A DNA stretch of 64,000 nucleotides. Origin: an uncultured Alphaproteobacteria bacterium (GTDB lineage Bacteria; Pseudomonadota; Alphaproteobacteria; Caulobacterales; Caulobacteraceae). Shown piece after piece: positions 25,178 to 34,812 of this stretch (position 1 is the stretch's first letter; every line of letters starts with the position of its first letter). The translations under genes and the position numbers were made by a program. The notes under the pieces are model-generated. The model searched no databases. It had not been told where the DNA came from and saw only the letters and a program-made list of their open reading frames with translations. The stretch is taken from positions 10,706 to 74,705 of the forward strand of contig CAVTAH010000004.1 of NCBI GenBank assembly GCA_963732685.1. The letters are read 5' to 3'.

Positions 25178-26416
25178 CTAGTCCACGGCCGCGTAGACCG
25201 CCTTCTGCCACATCGGCAGGGCCAGACGCGCGCCCATGCGCTGGCCGAGGTTGGCCACGGCCTCCGGGCCAAGCGGCATGGAGTCCTGGATCAGATAGAT
25301 CATGATCAGACCCTTCTCCGGATCCGCCTGCCACCAGGTGCCGAAGGCGCCCGGCCAGCCGAACGAGCCCTTGGAGCCCGCGCCCATCCACTGGTGCGCC
25401 ACCGGATCCTCCACCGTCGAGACGCCGAGGCCGAAGCCGAGGCTCATCCACATCGGCATGCCGAGGAACGGGATCTGGCGCTGCGCCGGCGTGAGGCGGT
25501 TCTGGCGCATCATCGCCAGGGTCTCGGCTTTCAACAGGCGCACGCCGCTGCGTGCTTCGCCGTCGAGCATGGCCTGGGCGAACTTGAGGTAGTCGGACGC
25601 GGTGGAGATCAGTCCGCCACCGCCGCCGGTGAAGCTGGGCGGGGTGGTTCTCGGCGGGAAGACCATCGGCTCCAGGCCGCCCACCTCGTTGCGATAGACC
25701 ACGGCGGCGCGATCGCGCTTCTCCGGCGGGATCCAGAAGTCGGTGTCGTCCATGCCGAGCGGGCCGAAGATCGTCTCGATCAGGTGGTCGCGGAACGGCT
25801 TGCCGACGATGCGCCCGACGATGAAGCCCAGAACGTCCGTGGCGTGGCTGTACTGGAAGCGCTCGCCCGGCTGGTAGAGCAGGGGCAGGCCGGCCAGCTG
25901 GCGCATCCACTCGTCCGGCTCGGTGTCGATGGTGAGCACGTCGCCCAGAGCCGCCTGATAGGCGTGGGCCACCGGTCCCACCGAGGTGAAGCCGTAGGAG
26001 AGCCCGGAACGATGGGTGAGCAGATCCTCGATGGTGATGACCCGTTCGGCCGGGACGGTGTCGTCTACCGGCCCCTCGGCGTTCTTGAGCACCCGCATGT
26101 TCGCGAACTCGGGGGCCCACTTGGTGATCGGATCCTCGAGGGCGAGCTTGCCCTCTTCCATCAGCCGCAGCACGGCCACGCTGGTAACCGGCTTGGTCAT
26201 GGAGGCGATGCGGAACAGGGTGTCGCGCTCCATCGGCGCGCCGGTGGCGATGTCGCGCTTGCCGAAGCAGTCGAAGCGCAGCGTCTCGCCCTGGCGCCAG
26301 ACCAGGGTGACCGCTCCCGCGAGATCGCCCGAGGCGATGGCCGCCTTGATGGGATCGCTGGCGGCGGCGAGCGCCTCCGGGTCGAACCCGGCCGGGCGGG
26401 CGGAGGCATCGTCCAT
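25178..26416 (-). CDS. Serine hydrolase (beta-lactamase/esterase family VIII-like)
   Basis: FRIASMTK (SxxK), LLTHRSG, QYS, GGGGL, FGWPGAFGT. Confidence 0.92.
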   Translation of the reverse strand: MDDASARPAGFDPEALAAASDPIKAAIASGDLAGAVTLVWRQGETLRFDCFGKRDIATGAPMERDTLFRIASMTKPVTSVAVLRLMEEGKLALEDPITKWAPEFANMRVLKNAEGPVDDTVPAERVITIEDLLTHRSGLSYGFTSVGPVAHAYQAALGDVLTIDTEPDEWMRQLAGLPLLYQPGERFQYSHATDVLGFIVGRIVGKPFRDHLIETIFGPLGMDDTDFWIPPEKRDRAAVVYRNEVGGLEPMVFPPRTTPPSFTGGGGGLISTASDYLKFAQAMLDGEARSGVRLLKAETLAMMRQNRLTPAQRQIPFLGMPMWMSLGFGLGVSTVEDPVAHQWMGAGSKGSFGWPGAFGTWWQADPEKGLIMIYLIQDSMPLGPEAVANLGQRMGARLALPMWQKAVYAAVD

Positions 26417-26448
26417 GGCGGTCTCCCTGATCGTCTGGTCGTTCGTTC

Positions 26449-26706
26449 TTACCGAGGCTGAGCCCCGCTGGCGAGGGCCGGGGACGAGCCGCTTCCTTGC
26501 GCTTTCGCTGGGCCGGGACCCGCCGATCCGCCGTGCAGGAATCCGCGGCCGCCGAGCAGGGCGATCACGAAGCCGGCGACCACGATCAGCCCGACCACCA
26601 TCCACACCAGAGGCATGGCGCGCGCCGAGCGGCCGGCGTCAGCCTCCGAGCGGCTGGGCGGGAGATCGTCGTCGGAACGCCGCCGGCCGCCGGGTGAGTC
26701 GCTCAT
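26449..26706 (-). CDS. Small single-TM hypothetical protein (85 aa)
   Basis: MSDSPGG...PLVWMVVGLIVVAGFVIALLG; ATGA coupling to the upstream microprotein. Confidence 0.65.
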   Translation of the reverse strand: MSDSPGGRRRSDDDLPPSRSEADAGRSARAMPLVWMVVGLIVVAGFVIALLGGRGFLHGGSAGPGPAKAQGSGSSPALASGAQPR

Positions 26707-26873
26707 TTGCGAGGGTTGGGCGCCCCGGTCCCTGGATCGGTGGCGGTGGGCGCTTTCTGGGTGGAGGACTCCGCGCCGTTCGGCTCGGTCGCCGGTCGCG
26801 GCGGCTCGCCGTCTCGCTTGGGGGTCTTCAGGTTCTCGTTCGAGTCGTAGGCGTCGCCGCGGGGTTCGCGCAT
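26703..26873 (-). CDS. Hydrophilic microprotein (56 aa)
   Basis: MREPRGDAYDSNENLKTPKRDGEPPRPATEPNGAESSTQKAPTATDPGTGAPNPRK; GGAG RBS; EcfG-type promoter upstream; below the ORF-track cutoff. Confidence 0.7.
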   Translation of the reverse strand: MREPRGDAYDSNENLKTPKRDGEPPRPATEPNGAESSTQKAPTATDPGTGAPNPRK

Positions 26874-26896
26874 GGTCAGGGTCTCCGAGTTCGGCC

Positions 26897-26921
26897 AACG
26901 CCGCCTTCCGCCTTATGTTCC
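26897..26921 (-). promoter_or_regulatory. EcfG/SigT promoter
   Basis: Perfect GGAAC-N16-CGTT on the minus strand. Confidence 0.8.
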
Positions 26922-26927
26922 TGGTCC

Positions 26928-27734
26928 GTGAGCGCGCCCGTCCTTCAGATCGACGATCCGGACGATCCCCGGATCTCCGGCTTCCGCTTCGTGCGGGAGC
27001 GCGATCTGGCGGGGCGCGAGCGTGTCTTCGTGGCCGAAGGGGAGGTGGTGCTCGACCGGCTGGCGCGTTCGCCCCTCTACCGGACGCGCGCCGTGCTGAT
27101 CGCCGAGAACCGTTTCGAGAAGCTCAAGCCGCTGCTGGCGCGGTTCGACGGGGCGGCCCCGATCTATCGCGCGAGCCAAGCGGTGATGGACGCGATCGCT
27201 GGGTTCCCGATCCACCGCGGGGTTCTGGCTCTCGGCGAGCGCGGAGTGGAGCGCGATGGTCGCGACGTGCTGGACTCGCTACCGCCGAACGCGCTCGTCG
27301 TCGGGCTGGTCGGCCTCAGCAACCACGACAACGTCGGCGGGGTGTTCCGCAACGCCGCGGCGTTCGGGGCGAGCGCGGTGCTGATCGATCCCGCCACCTG
27401 CGATCCGCTTTATCGCAAGGCCATCCGGGTGTCGGTGGGCGGCGCTCTCCTGGTCCCGTTCGCCCGCGCGGGCGGCTGGATGGAGATGCTCGAAGCGCTG
27501 GAGCGGCGCGGCTTCGATATCGTCGCCCTCAGCCCATCCGGGGCGCGGTCGATCGACGAGGTCTCGCGCTCGACCCGCACGGCGCTGCTGCTCGGCGCGG
27601 AGGGCCCTGGCCTGCCCGAGGCGTTGCTGGCGCGCGTGGCGACGGCGCGCATTCCCATGGCCGGAGGCTTCGACTCGCTCAATGTCGCCACCGCCAGCGG
27701 CATCGCCTTGAGCCGCCTTTTTCGACCCTTGTGA
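26928..27734 (+). CDS. TrmH/SpoU family RNA methyltransferase
   Basis: FVAEGE, HRGVLA, NHDNVGGVFRNAAAFG, LLGAEGPGL, IPMAGGFDSLNVATA. Confidence 0.92.
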   Translation: MSAPVLQIDDPDDPRISGFRFVRERDLAGRERVFVAEGEVVLDRLARSPLYRTRAVLIAENRFEKLKPLLARFDGAAPIYRASQAVMDAIAGFPIHRGVLALGERGVERDGRDVLDSLPPNALVVGLVGLSNHDNVGGVFRNAAAFGASAVLIDPATCDPLYRKAIRVSVGGALLVPFARAGGWMEMLEALERRGFDIVALSPSGARSIDEVSRSTRTALLLGAEGPGLPEALLARVATARIPMAGGFDSLNVATASGIALSRLFRPL

Positions 27735-27745
27735 CGGAGCCCTGA

Positions 27746-29239
27746 ATGCCTCCTCGTTTCATCGCCGCCATCGACCAGGGCACCACCTCCTCGCGCTGCA
27801 TGGTGTTCGACGCCGACGGACGTCCGGTGGCGCGCGCCGCGCGCGAGCACCGGCAGATCTTCCCGCACCCGGGCTGGGTCGAGCACGACGCCGAGGAAAT
27901 CTGGCGGGCGGTGGAGGTGTGCGTCGGGGAGGCGCTCGGCGAGGCCGGGATCTCGCCCGGCGATCTCGCGGCCCTCGGCATCACCAACCAGCGCGAGACG
28001 ACGCTGCTGTGGGACCGCGCGACCGGAAAGCCGCTCGCCAACGCCATCGTCTGGCAGGACACCCGCACCGCCGAGCTGATCCGCGAGCTTGCCGGCGACG
28101 AAGGCATGGACCGCTTCCGCGCCAAGACCGGCCTGCCGCTGGCGACCTATTTCTCCGGCCCCAAGCTGCGTTGGCTGCTGGACAAGGTCGGCGGCGCGCG
28201 GGCGCGGGCGGAGGCCGGCGAGCTGTGCTTCGGCACCATGGAATCCTGGCTGATCTGGAAGCTCACCGGCCGGCACCTGACGGAGGTGACCAACGCCAGC
28301 CGCACCCAGCTCATGAACCTCTCCACCCTAGACTGGGACGACGAGCTGCTCTCGGCGATGGGCGTGCCGCGCGCGGTCCTGCCGGAGATCCGCGCCTCGT
28401 CCGAGGTCTATGGCGAAGCCGGCGGGGTGCTGGCCGGGGTTCCGGTGGCGTCGGCGCTCGGCGACCAGCAGGCGGCCTTGTTCGGACAGGCCTGCTACGC
28501 CGCCGGCGAGGGAAAGTGCACCTATGGCACCGGCAACTTCCTGCTGGTGAACACCGGCGAGACCCCGGTCGCCTCGCGCGAGGGGCTGCTCACCACCGTG
28601 GCCTATAAGTTGGGGGACAAGCCGGCGGTGTACGGGCTGGAGGGCTCGATCGCCGTCACCGGCTCGCTGGTGCAGTGGCTGCGCGACAACCTCGGCTTCA
28701 TCCAGGCGGCGCCGGAGATCGAGGCGCTGGCGGCCAGCGTCCCCGACTGCGGCGGGGCGCGCATCGTGCCGGCCTTTTCCGGGTTGTTCGCCCCGCACTG
28801 GCGCCCGGACGCGCGCGGCGTGATCTGCGGCCTTACCGGCTATGTGACCAAGGCCCATCTCGCCCGCGCGGCGCTGGACAGCGTCGCCTGGCAGACCGCC
28901 GAGATCGTGGACGCGATGGCGCAGGACCTGGGCGAGCGGCCGCACGAGTTGAAGGTCGACGGCGGCATGACCGCCAACGGCCTGCTGATGCAGATCCAGG
29001 CCGACGTGCTGGGCGCCGACGTGGTGCGCTCGGCGATCCCGGAGACGACCTGCCTGGGCGCGGCCTACGCCGCCGGCCTCGCCGTGGGCTTCTGGCCCGA
29101 CCTCGAGACCCTGCGCGGCAAGTGGCGGTCGGACGCGCGCTGGTCGTCCGAGCGCGACGGCGACTGGCGGCGTCGCGAGCGCGCCGCCTGGGACAAGGCC
29201 GTGGCCCGTTCGCTGGACTGGGCTGGCGGGGAGGGCTAG
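27746..29239 (+). CDS. glpK: Glycerol kinase
   Basis: [39 protein letters not shown]. Confidence 0.96.
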   Translation: MPPRFIAAIDQGTTSSRCMVFDADGRPVARAAREHRQIFPHPGWVEHDAEEIWRAVEVCVGEALGEAGISPGDLAALGITNQRETTLLWDRATGKPLANAIVWQDTRTAELIRELAGDEGMDRFRAKTGLPLATYFSGPKLRWLLDKVGGARARAEAGELCFGTMESWLIWKLTGRHLTEVTNASRTQLMNLSTLDWDDELLSAMGVPRAVLPEIRASSEVYGEAGGVLAGVPVASALGDQQAALFGQACYAAGEGKCTYGTGNFLLVNTGETPVASREGLLTTVAYKLGDKPAVYGLEGSIAVTGSLVQWLRDNLGFIQAAPEIEALAASVPDCGGARIVPAFSGLFAPHWRPDARGVICGLTGYVTKAHLARAALDSVAWQTAEIVDAMAQDLGERPHELKVDGGMTANGLLMQIQADVLGADVVRSAIPETTCLGAAYAAGLAVGFWPDLETLRGKWRSDARWSSERDGDWRRRERAAWDKAVARSLDWAGGEG

Positions 29240-29277
29240 AGGCGGCCGCTGTTTTGCAGCCGCAGCATGGGGGCCGC

Positions 29278-30084
29278 GTGGCCAACAAACTGATCGAGAG
29301 CCTCGCCCTCGAGCGCATCGAGATGAACCTGTTCCGCGGGACCTCGCCGCAGGGCCGGGGCCCGCGCATCTTCGGCGGCCATGTGATCGCCCAGGCGCTG
29401 ATGGCCGGCTACAAGACCGTGGACGATCGGGTCTGCCACTCCCTCCACGCCTATTTCATCCGCCCGGGCGACCCGTCGGTGCCGATCCTCTACGAGGTGG
29501 ACCGCTCGCGCGACGGCAAGAGCTTCGCCACCCGCCGGGTGATCGCCATCCAGCACGGCGCCCAGATCTTCAATCTCGCCGCCTCGTTCCAGGTGGAGGA
29601 GGAGGGCCTCGAGCACCAGGATCCGATGCCCGACGTCGCCCGCCCCGACCAGATCGCCCCGCGTCCCGACCACGACGCCTGGGAGCGGGAGATCGAGCAG
29701 CGGAACCTCGACCCGCGCGACGAGACCAACCCCACGCCGACAAGCCCGGTCCAGAACGTCTGGATGCGGGCGCGCGAGCCGCTCGGCGACGACGTCGTGA
29801 TGAACCAGGCGGCGCTCGCCTACGCCTCGGACATGAGCTTCATGTCCACCTCGATGCGGCCGCACCGGGTCAACTGGCGCACACCCGGTTTCCAGAGCGC
29901 GAGCCTGGACCACGCCATCTGGTTCCACCGCCGCTCCAGCTTCAACGACTGGCACCTGTTCAACCAGCTCAGCCCCTCGGCGAGCGGCGGGCGGGGGTTC
30001 AACTTCGGCAATGTCTTCGACATCTCCGGGCGACTGGTCGCGAGCATCGCCCAGGAGGGACTGATCCGGATGCGGAAGGGGTAA
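29278..30084 (+). CDS. tesB: Acyl-CoA thioesterase II
   Basis: IFGGHVIAQAL, HSLHAYF, YASD, SLDHAIWFH, QEGLIR. Confidence 0.93.
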   Translation: MANKLIESLALERIEMNLFRGTSPQGRGPRIFGGHVIAQALMAGYKTVDDRVCHSLHAYFIRPGDPSVPILYEVDRSRDGKSFATRRVIAIQHGAQIFNLAASFQVEEEGLEHQDPMPDVARPDQIAPRPDHDAWEREIEQRNLDPRDETNPTPTSPVQNVWMRAREPLGDDVVMNQAALAYASDMSFMSTSMRPHRVNWRTPGFQSASLDHAIWFHRRSSFNDWHLFNQLSPSASGGRGFNFGNVFDISGRLVASIAQEGLIRMRKG

Positions 30085-30199
30085 AGAGGCCGGCGAGGCG
30101 CCGGCGGTCCGGCCCAAGCGTCGGCCGGCAGCCTCGCTGGTCGGCATCCAAGCTCGCCGTCGATGAAGCGGCCGGACCGCCGGCGCCTCGCCGGCTCTT

Positions 30200-31270
30200 T
30201 CAGCTTCCCGGACGGACCATGATCTTGATCTGGCTTTTGTCGGTCTGCAGGGCGGTGAAGGCGGCCGGGGTTTCGTCCAAACCCACCACGCGGGTGATGG
30301 TCTCGTTGTAGCGGGTGGTTCCCTCGGCCAGGTGGCGCAGGCTCGTGGCGAACTCCTCGGGCGAGTAGCCGAGCACGAAGCGCAGCTCGACCTCCTTGGC
30401 GATGAAGGCCAGGGGCTCGATGCGATCGACCTCCATGCACACGCCGGCCACGACGATGCGCGAGCCGATCGGCGCGGCTTCGGCCAGGGACTGGAGCACG
30501 CCCGGCGCGCCGACGCACTCGAAGATCAGCGGCTTGCGCTGCTCCTTGCCCATCATCTGCGCCATCACCCCTTCGGCCCGGGTCACGGGAACGCCGAACT
30601 CGGCCCAGGACGCGTGCGGCGAGGCGGCCGCCGGGTCGACCAGCCGGTCGGCGCCCATGCGCTCCGCGGCGGCGCGGCGCTCGGGCGAGAAGTCCGTGGC
30701 GATCACCGGCCCAAGGCCTCGCGCCTTCAGTGATGCGATCACCGCCAGACCCACGGGACCGCAGCCGACGACCATGATCGCCTGGTCCTTGGAAGCCTCG
30801 GCCTTGGCGACCGCGTGCTCGCCCACGGCGAACGGCTCGGTGAGGGCCGCGTGCTCGGCGGAGAGCCCGTTGGGCACGCTCAGCATCAGGGCTTCGGAAA
30901 GCAGGATCCGCTCGGCGAACCCGCCGGGATAGCGGCTCGAATAGCCCACGGTCTGCACGCCGTCCGGCGTGATCAGGGCCGGCATCGACACCACCCGTTC
31001 GCCCGCCTTGAACGCGCCGCCGGCGCCGCCGTCCAGGACCTCGCAGCAGAACTCGTGGCCGAACACCGTGTCGGCGCCCTTGAGCATCGAGCTTGGCGCG
31101 CCCAGCCGGGCGGAGAGGTCGATCATGTGATCGTAGTGGTCCAGCGCGTGCAGGTCGCTGCCGCACACGCCGCAGACCAGGGTCTTCACCAGAACCTGCC
31201 CGGGGCCGGGCTCCGGCTCGGCCATCTCGTCGACCACCAGCACGCCTTCGCGTCGTATCGCGGCTCGCAT
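30200..31270 (-). CDS. Zinc-binding alcohol dehydrogenase (MDR family)
   Basis: CGVCGSDLH, GHE, GCGPVG, ECVG. Confidence 0.92.
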   Translation of the reverse strand: MRAAIRREGVLVVDEMAEPEPGPGQVLVKTLVCGVCGSDLHALDHYDHMIDLSARLGAPSSMLKGADTVFGHEFCCEVLDGGAGGAFKAGERVVSMPALITPDGVQTVGYSSRYPGGFAERILLSEALMLSVPNGLSAEHAALTEPFAVGEHAVAKAEASKDQAIMVVGCGPVGLAVIASLKARGLGPVIATDFSPERRAAAERMGADRLVDPAAASPHASWAEFGVPVTRAEGVMAQMMGKEQRKPLIFECVGAPGVLQSLAEAAPIGSRIVVAGVCMEVDRIEPLAFIAKEVELRFVLGYSPEEFATSLRHLAEGTTRYNETITRVVGLDETPAAFTALQTDKSQIKIMVRPGS

Positions 31271-31312
31271 CGACGGTTCTCCTGGCCCCCCCGAGGACGA
31301 CCTCGGCCGCTT

Positions 31313-32335
31313 CTAGGCGGCGGCCTCGTGATCGCCAAGCAGCTTGAGCAGCGCCAGCTCCGCTTCGCGACCGTCCTTGGCCAGTCGCGGATCGAGCCGA
31401 CCCTCGGTCCAGGCGTCGAACACCACCGGATGGATGTAGGCCTTGCGGCAGACCGCGGCGGTGTTGCCGAGCACGCCGGCGGTGGCTTTGACGCAGACGG
31501 TGATCGTCTTCTTGGCCTGGGCCTGGCTGGGTGGAACCTCGTTCATCGCCAGGGCGCGAGCGGCGAGCAGGGTGCCCATCCAGGTGCGGAAGGTCTTGGC
31601 GCTGAAGTCCTCGCCCATCGCCTCGTGGATGTAGGCGTTGACGTCGTGGCTGCCGATGGCGTGCATCTTGCCGTCAGCGTCGCGATACGAGAACAGGCGC
31701 TGGCCGTGCAGCGCCTCGCAGCCGCGGACGATCTTGGCGAGGCGCTGGTCGTGCAGCTCGGTCTTGTGCTCCACCCCGCTCTTGCCGCGGAACTCGAACA
31801 CCGCGCCCATGCGCGAGAGGTGCACGTGTTCCGGCCGCAAGGTGGTGAGACCGTAGTGCTCGTTGGCCTTGGCGTACTCGTCGTTGCCCACGCGGATGAG
31901 GGTGAGTTCCAGGATGCGGACCACGGCGGCCAGCACCTTGTTCCGGGGCAGGCCGGGAACGGCGAGGTCCTCCTCGACCCGCTTGCGCAGGCGCGGCAGC
32001 TTGCGGCCAAAATCGATCAGGCGGTGGTATTTGGCCTCGTCGCGATGCGCGCGCCACTGGTCATGATAGCGGTACTGCTTGCGCCCCTTGGCGTCGCGGC
32101 CCACCGCCTGGATATGACCGCCCGGATGAGCGCTGATCCACACCTTGGTCCATGCCGGCGGAATCGCCAACAGTCGGATGCGCTCCAGCGTCTTAGCGTC
32201 TCGCACCTGCCGTCCCTTGGCGTCGATGTAGTCGAACGCGCCGGGCTTGCCCTCGCGGCGGATGCCGGGGTCGTGGTCGTGGACGTAGATCAGATCGTGG
32301 GACTCGGCGAACGCCTCGCCCATGTCGAGAGCCAT
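31313..32335 (-). CDS. Bacterial DNA topoisomerase IB
   Basis: IPPAW, GRDAKGRKQYRYH, IRVGN, FRGKSG, KTFRTW, LGNT..VCRKAYIHP (catalytic Tyr). Confidence 0.95.
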   Translation of the reverse strand: MALDMGEAFAESHDLIYVHDHDPGIRREGKPGAFDYIDAKGRQVRDAKTLERIRLLAIPPAWTKVWISAHPGGHIQAVGRDAKGRKQYRYHDQWRAHRDEAKYHRLIDFGRKLPRLRKRVEEDLAVPGLPRNKVLAAVVRILELTLIRVGNDEYAKANEHYGLTTLRPEHVHLSRMGAVFEFRGKSGVEHKTELHDQRLAKIVRGCEALHGQRLFSYRDADGKMHAIGSHDVNAYIHEAMGEDFSAKTFRTWMGTLLAARALAMNEVPPSQAQAKKTITVCVKATAGVLGNTAAVCRKAYIHPVVFDAWTEGRLDPRLAKDGREAELALLKLLGDHEAAA

Positions 32336-32363
32336 GGCCGCCTCTTGAACTTGGTCGAGCGCC

Positions 32364-32389
32364 AACGCGGCCCGCGCGGCGGGCGTTCC
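32364..32389 (-). promoter_or_regulatory. EcfG/SigT promoter of topoisomerase IB
   Basis: Perfect GGAAC-N17-CGTT, 28 nt before the ATG. Confidence 0.8.
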
Positions 32390-32406
32390 CGTCAAGCTTG
32401 GCCAGC

Positions 32407-33230
32407 ATGAACTACCGTCACGTCTTCCACGCCGGGAACTTCGCCGACGTGATGAAGCACGCGATCCTGCTTCAGCTGCTCTCGATCCTGCAGACCGACG
32501 GCGCCCCGCTCACGGTGATCGACACCCACGCCGGCGCCGGGATGTACGATATCAAGGGCCCGGAAGCGGCCCGCACCAGCGAGGCGGCGTCGGGGATCGC
32601 GCGCCTCATGGACAGCGCCGCACCGGAGATCATCCAACCGCTGATCGCCGCGGTGCGGGCGGTGAACGCGAAGGGGGAGACGCGTTGGTATCCCGGCTCG
32701 CCGCTGTTGATCGCTCGAAACTTACGCAACCGCGACCGGCTTATCGCCTGCGAGTTGCGAGCGGACGACTACGCGAGCCTGAAGACCGTGCTGCCGCGTC
32801 AGGCCGGGGCCGAGGTGTTGCGCGCCGACGGTTTCGCGACGGCGCGTGCTCAAGCCGGAGGAGCCAAGCGTCTGCTGGTGCTGATCGATCCGCCGTACGA
32901 GCGCCCGGACGAGATCACACAGGTGCTCGGCGCCATCGCGGCGGTGCGGGCGGCGAACCGCAACGCCGTCATTGCGCTGTGGGCCCCGATCAAGGACCTG
33001 GACGGGTTCGACGCCCTGGTCGGCCGCGTCGAGGACGCCGCTCCGGCGCGTCGATCCTGGTGGCGGAGATGCGCTTGCGCCCGCTCGACGACCCGCTTCG
33101 GCTCAACGGCTCGGCCATGCTGGTGGTCAATTCACCGCCGGCGTTGCTGGTTACCGCGCAGGAGACCGTCGCCTTTATGACCGAAGTTCTGGGGGAGGCG
33201 GGAGCGTTTGGACGCGCCGCCCTGGTGTGA
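32407..33230 (+). CDS. rlmJ: 23S rRNA m6A2030 methyltransferase (frameshift near 33043)
   Basis: MNYRHVFHAGNFADVMKH, DTHAGAG, YPGSP, LIDPPYE; the C-terminal LNGSAMLVVNSP is in another frame. Confidence 0.92.
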
Positions 33231-33231
33231 T

Positions 33232-33248
33232 ATGCTGCGCTGCAACAT
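33232..33248 (+). promoter_or_regulatory. PhaR/AniA-like operator
   Basis: Imperfect palindrome ATGCTGCGCTGCAACAT 15 nt before the start of the next gene; resembles the TGC-N3-GCA-rich PhaR sites of alphaproteobacteria. Confidence 0.5.
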
Positions 33249-33263
33249 GAATGTAGGCGCGCC

Positions 33264-33911
33264 ATGACCGACCTGTCTTCGACCAAGCCCAGTCCCTTCG
33301 CCATGCCGCTGGCCCTTTGTGCGCCGTTGTGGCCGGCCTACGGCCTGTTCATGGGCGCGACGCTACAGTGGTGGGCCCTTTCCCGCATGGCCCGCTTCGC
33401 TAGCCCGACTTGGGCGTTCGAGACGCGGCCGAAGTCCGAAGCGCCGCCCGTCACGCCTGCCGCAGAACCAGCGGCGGCGGCGCGCGAGGTCGTCGAGGTG
33501 TCGTTCGATCCCGCTCCCGGCGCTCTGCTCGCCCCGCCCGCCGAACTCGAGGACGCCGCGCCCGCGCCGCCGGCCGACGTCGCCGCGGAGTCGATCGCCG
33601 AGGCTGTGGCGTTCGTCGAACCGAGCGCGGCCATGGAGGCGGAAGAGGTTGAGCCGACGACGCCGGAGCCGGAGCCGGCCGTCGCCGCGGCCAGCCTGAC
33701 CGCCGCCGACGTCGACGAGCTCACCCTGATCCGCGGCATCGGCCCCCGCGTGGCCGACGCCCTGGTCGCGCGAGGCGTGATGACCTTCGCCCAGCTCGCG
33801 GCGTGGACCGAGAAGGACATGCATCACTTCGATGTCGAGATGAAGCTGCTCGGCCGGTCCAAGCGCTACGACTTCCTCGGCCAGGCCAAGGCGCTGGCGT
33901 CGCAGGCCTGA
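33264..33911 (+). CDS. Hypothetical protein with an Ala/Pro/Glu linker and a C-terminal helix-hairpin-helix-like module
   Basis: DELTLIRGIGP...L...GV.TFAQLAAW C-terminal motif. Confidence 0.8.
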   Translation: MTDLSSTKPSPFAMPLALCAPLWPAYGLFMGATLQWWALSRMARFASPTWAFETRPKSEAPPVTPAAEPAAAAREVVEVSFDPAPGALLAPPAELEDAAPAPPADVAAESIAEAVAFVEPSAAMEAEEVEPTTPEPEPAVAAASLTAADVDELTLIRGIGPRVADALVARGVMTFAQLAAWTEKDMHHFDVEMKLLGRSKRYDFLGQAKALASQA

Positions 33912-33948
33912 TCGGGGCTAGCTCGCGCCTCCAGATTTAGGAGGCGAG

Positions 33949-34497
33949 ATGGCTCGGATACCCTACTTCGATCCCGCGAACGCGACCGGCCGCGCGGCGG
34001 AATCCTACGCGCGACTGCCGCCGCTCAACATCTTCCGCATGATGGGCCATGCCGGCGACCTGATGAGCGGGTTCGTCAAGTTCGGCGGCCAGATCCTCAA
34101 CTTCATGGCGCTCGATCCGGTGCTGCGCGAGATCGCCATCATCCGCGTCGGCGTGCTCTCCAAGGCGAGCTACGAGGTGTATCAACACGAGCGGATCGGA
34201 CGTGACATCGGGATGAGCGACGCCCTGATCGCCGCGATCCACGAGGGACCCGACGCGGGCGCCTTCGACGACGCCCAGCGCGAGGTGATGCGCTTCACCG
34301 ACGACGTCGTGGCCAACGTCCGCGCGAGCGATACGACCTTCCAGCCCATCCTCGCCCGCCACGGCCCACGCGGCGCGGAGGAGCTGGTGCTCACCATCGG
34401 CTACTACATGATGGTTTCGCGCTTCCTGGAGACCTTCGACGTGGACATCGAGGATCAGCCGGTGGCGAGCCCGCGGGTTTCGGGCGGCAAGCGCTGA
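33949..34497 (+). CDS. Carboxymuconolactone decarboxylase/AhpD-like protein
   Basis: AGGAGG RBS; LREIAIIRVG, YEVYQH, ELVLTIGYY. Confidence 0.88.
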   Translation: MARIPYFDPANATGRAAESYARLPPLNIFRMMGHAGDLMSGFVKFGGQILNFMALDPVLREIAIIRVGVLSKASYEVYQHERIGRDIGMSDALIAAIHEGPDAGAFDDAQREVMRFTDDVVANVRASDTTFQPILARHGPRGAEELVLTIGYYMMVSRFLETFDVDIEDQPVASPRVSGGKR

Positions 34498-34556
34498 GGG
34501 TCGCCCCCATGAGCGGGTCTCGATCTTGCTCCGGTTCCTGATAGAGTGACTTGGTT

Positions 34557-34571
34557 GTTCGCTTGGTGTTC
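34557..34571 (+). promoter_or_regulatory. Candidate alphaproteobacterial LexA (SOS) box
   Basis: GTTC-gcttggt-GTTC immediately before the GGAG RBS of the DUF433 gene. Confidence 0.55.
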
Positions 34572-34581
34572 GGAGACCCTG

Positions 34582-34812
34582 ATGGAGACCTTCGATCGGA
34601 TCACCCACACGCCTGGCGTCATGGGAGGCAAGGCTTGTCTGCGCGGGCTTCGCGTGACGGTGGCGATGGTGGTGAGCCAAATCGGCGCCGCTCGGACGGT
34701 AGATCAGGTTCTAGCGGACTTTCCGTATCTCGAACGTGAGGACGTGCTGCAGGCCCTGCGTTACGCGGCTTGGTTGGCGGAGGAACGCGAGGAGAGCCTG
34801 GCCCCCGCTTGA
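34582..34812 (+). CDS. DUF433 antitoxin (VapB45-like)
   Basis: RITHTPGVMGGKACLRGLRVTV...DFPYLEREDVLQALRYAA. Confidence 0.92.
   Translation: METFDRITHTPGVMGGKACLRGLRVTVAMVVSQIGAARTVDQVLADFPYLEREDVLQALRYAAWLAEEREESLAPA

Noticed and set aside
25178-26416. Beta-lactam resistance gene
   Set aside because: SxxK fold but no signal peptide, and the motifs fit cytoplasmic family VIII-like esterases.
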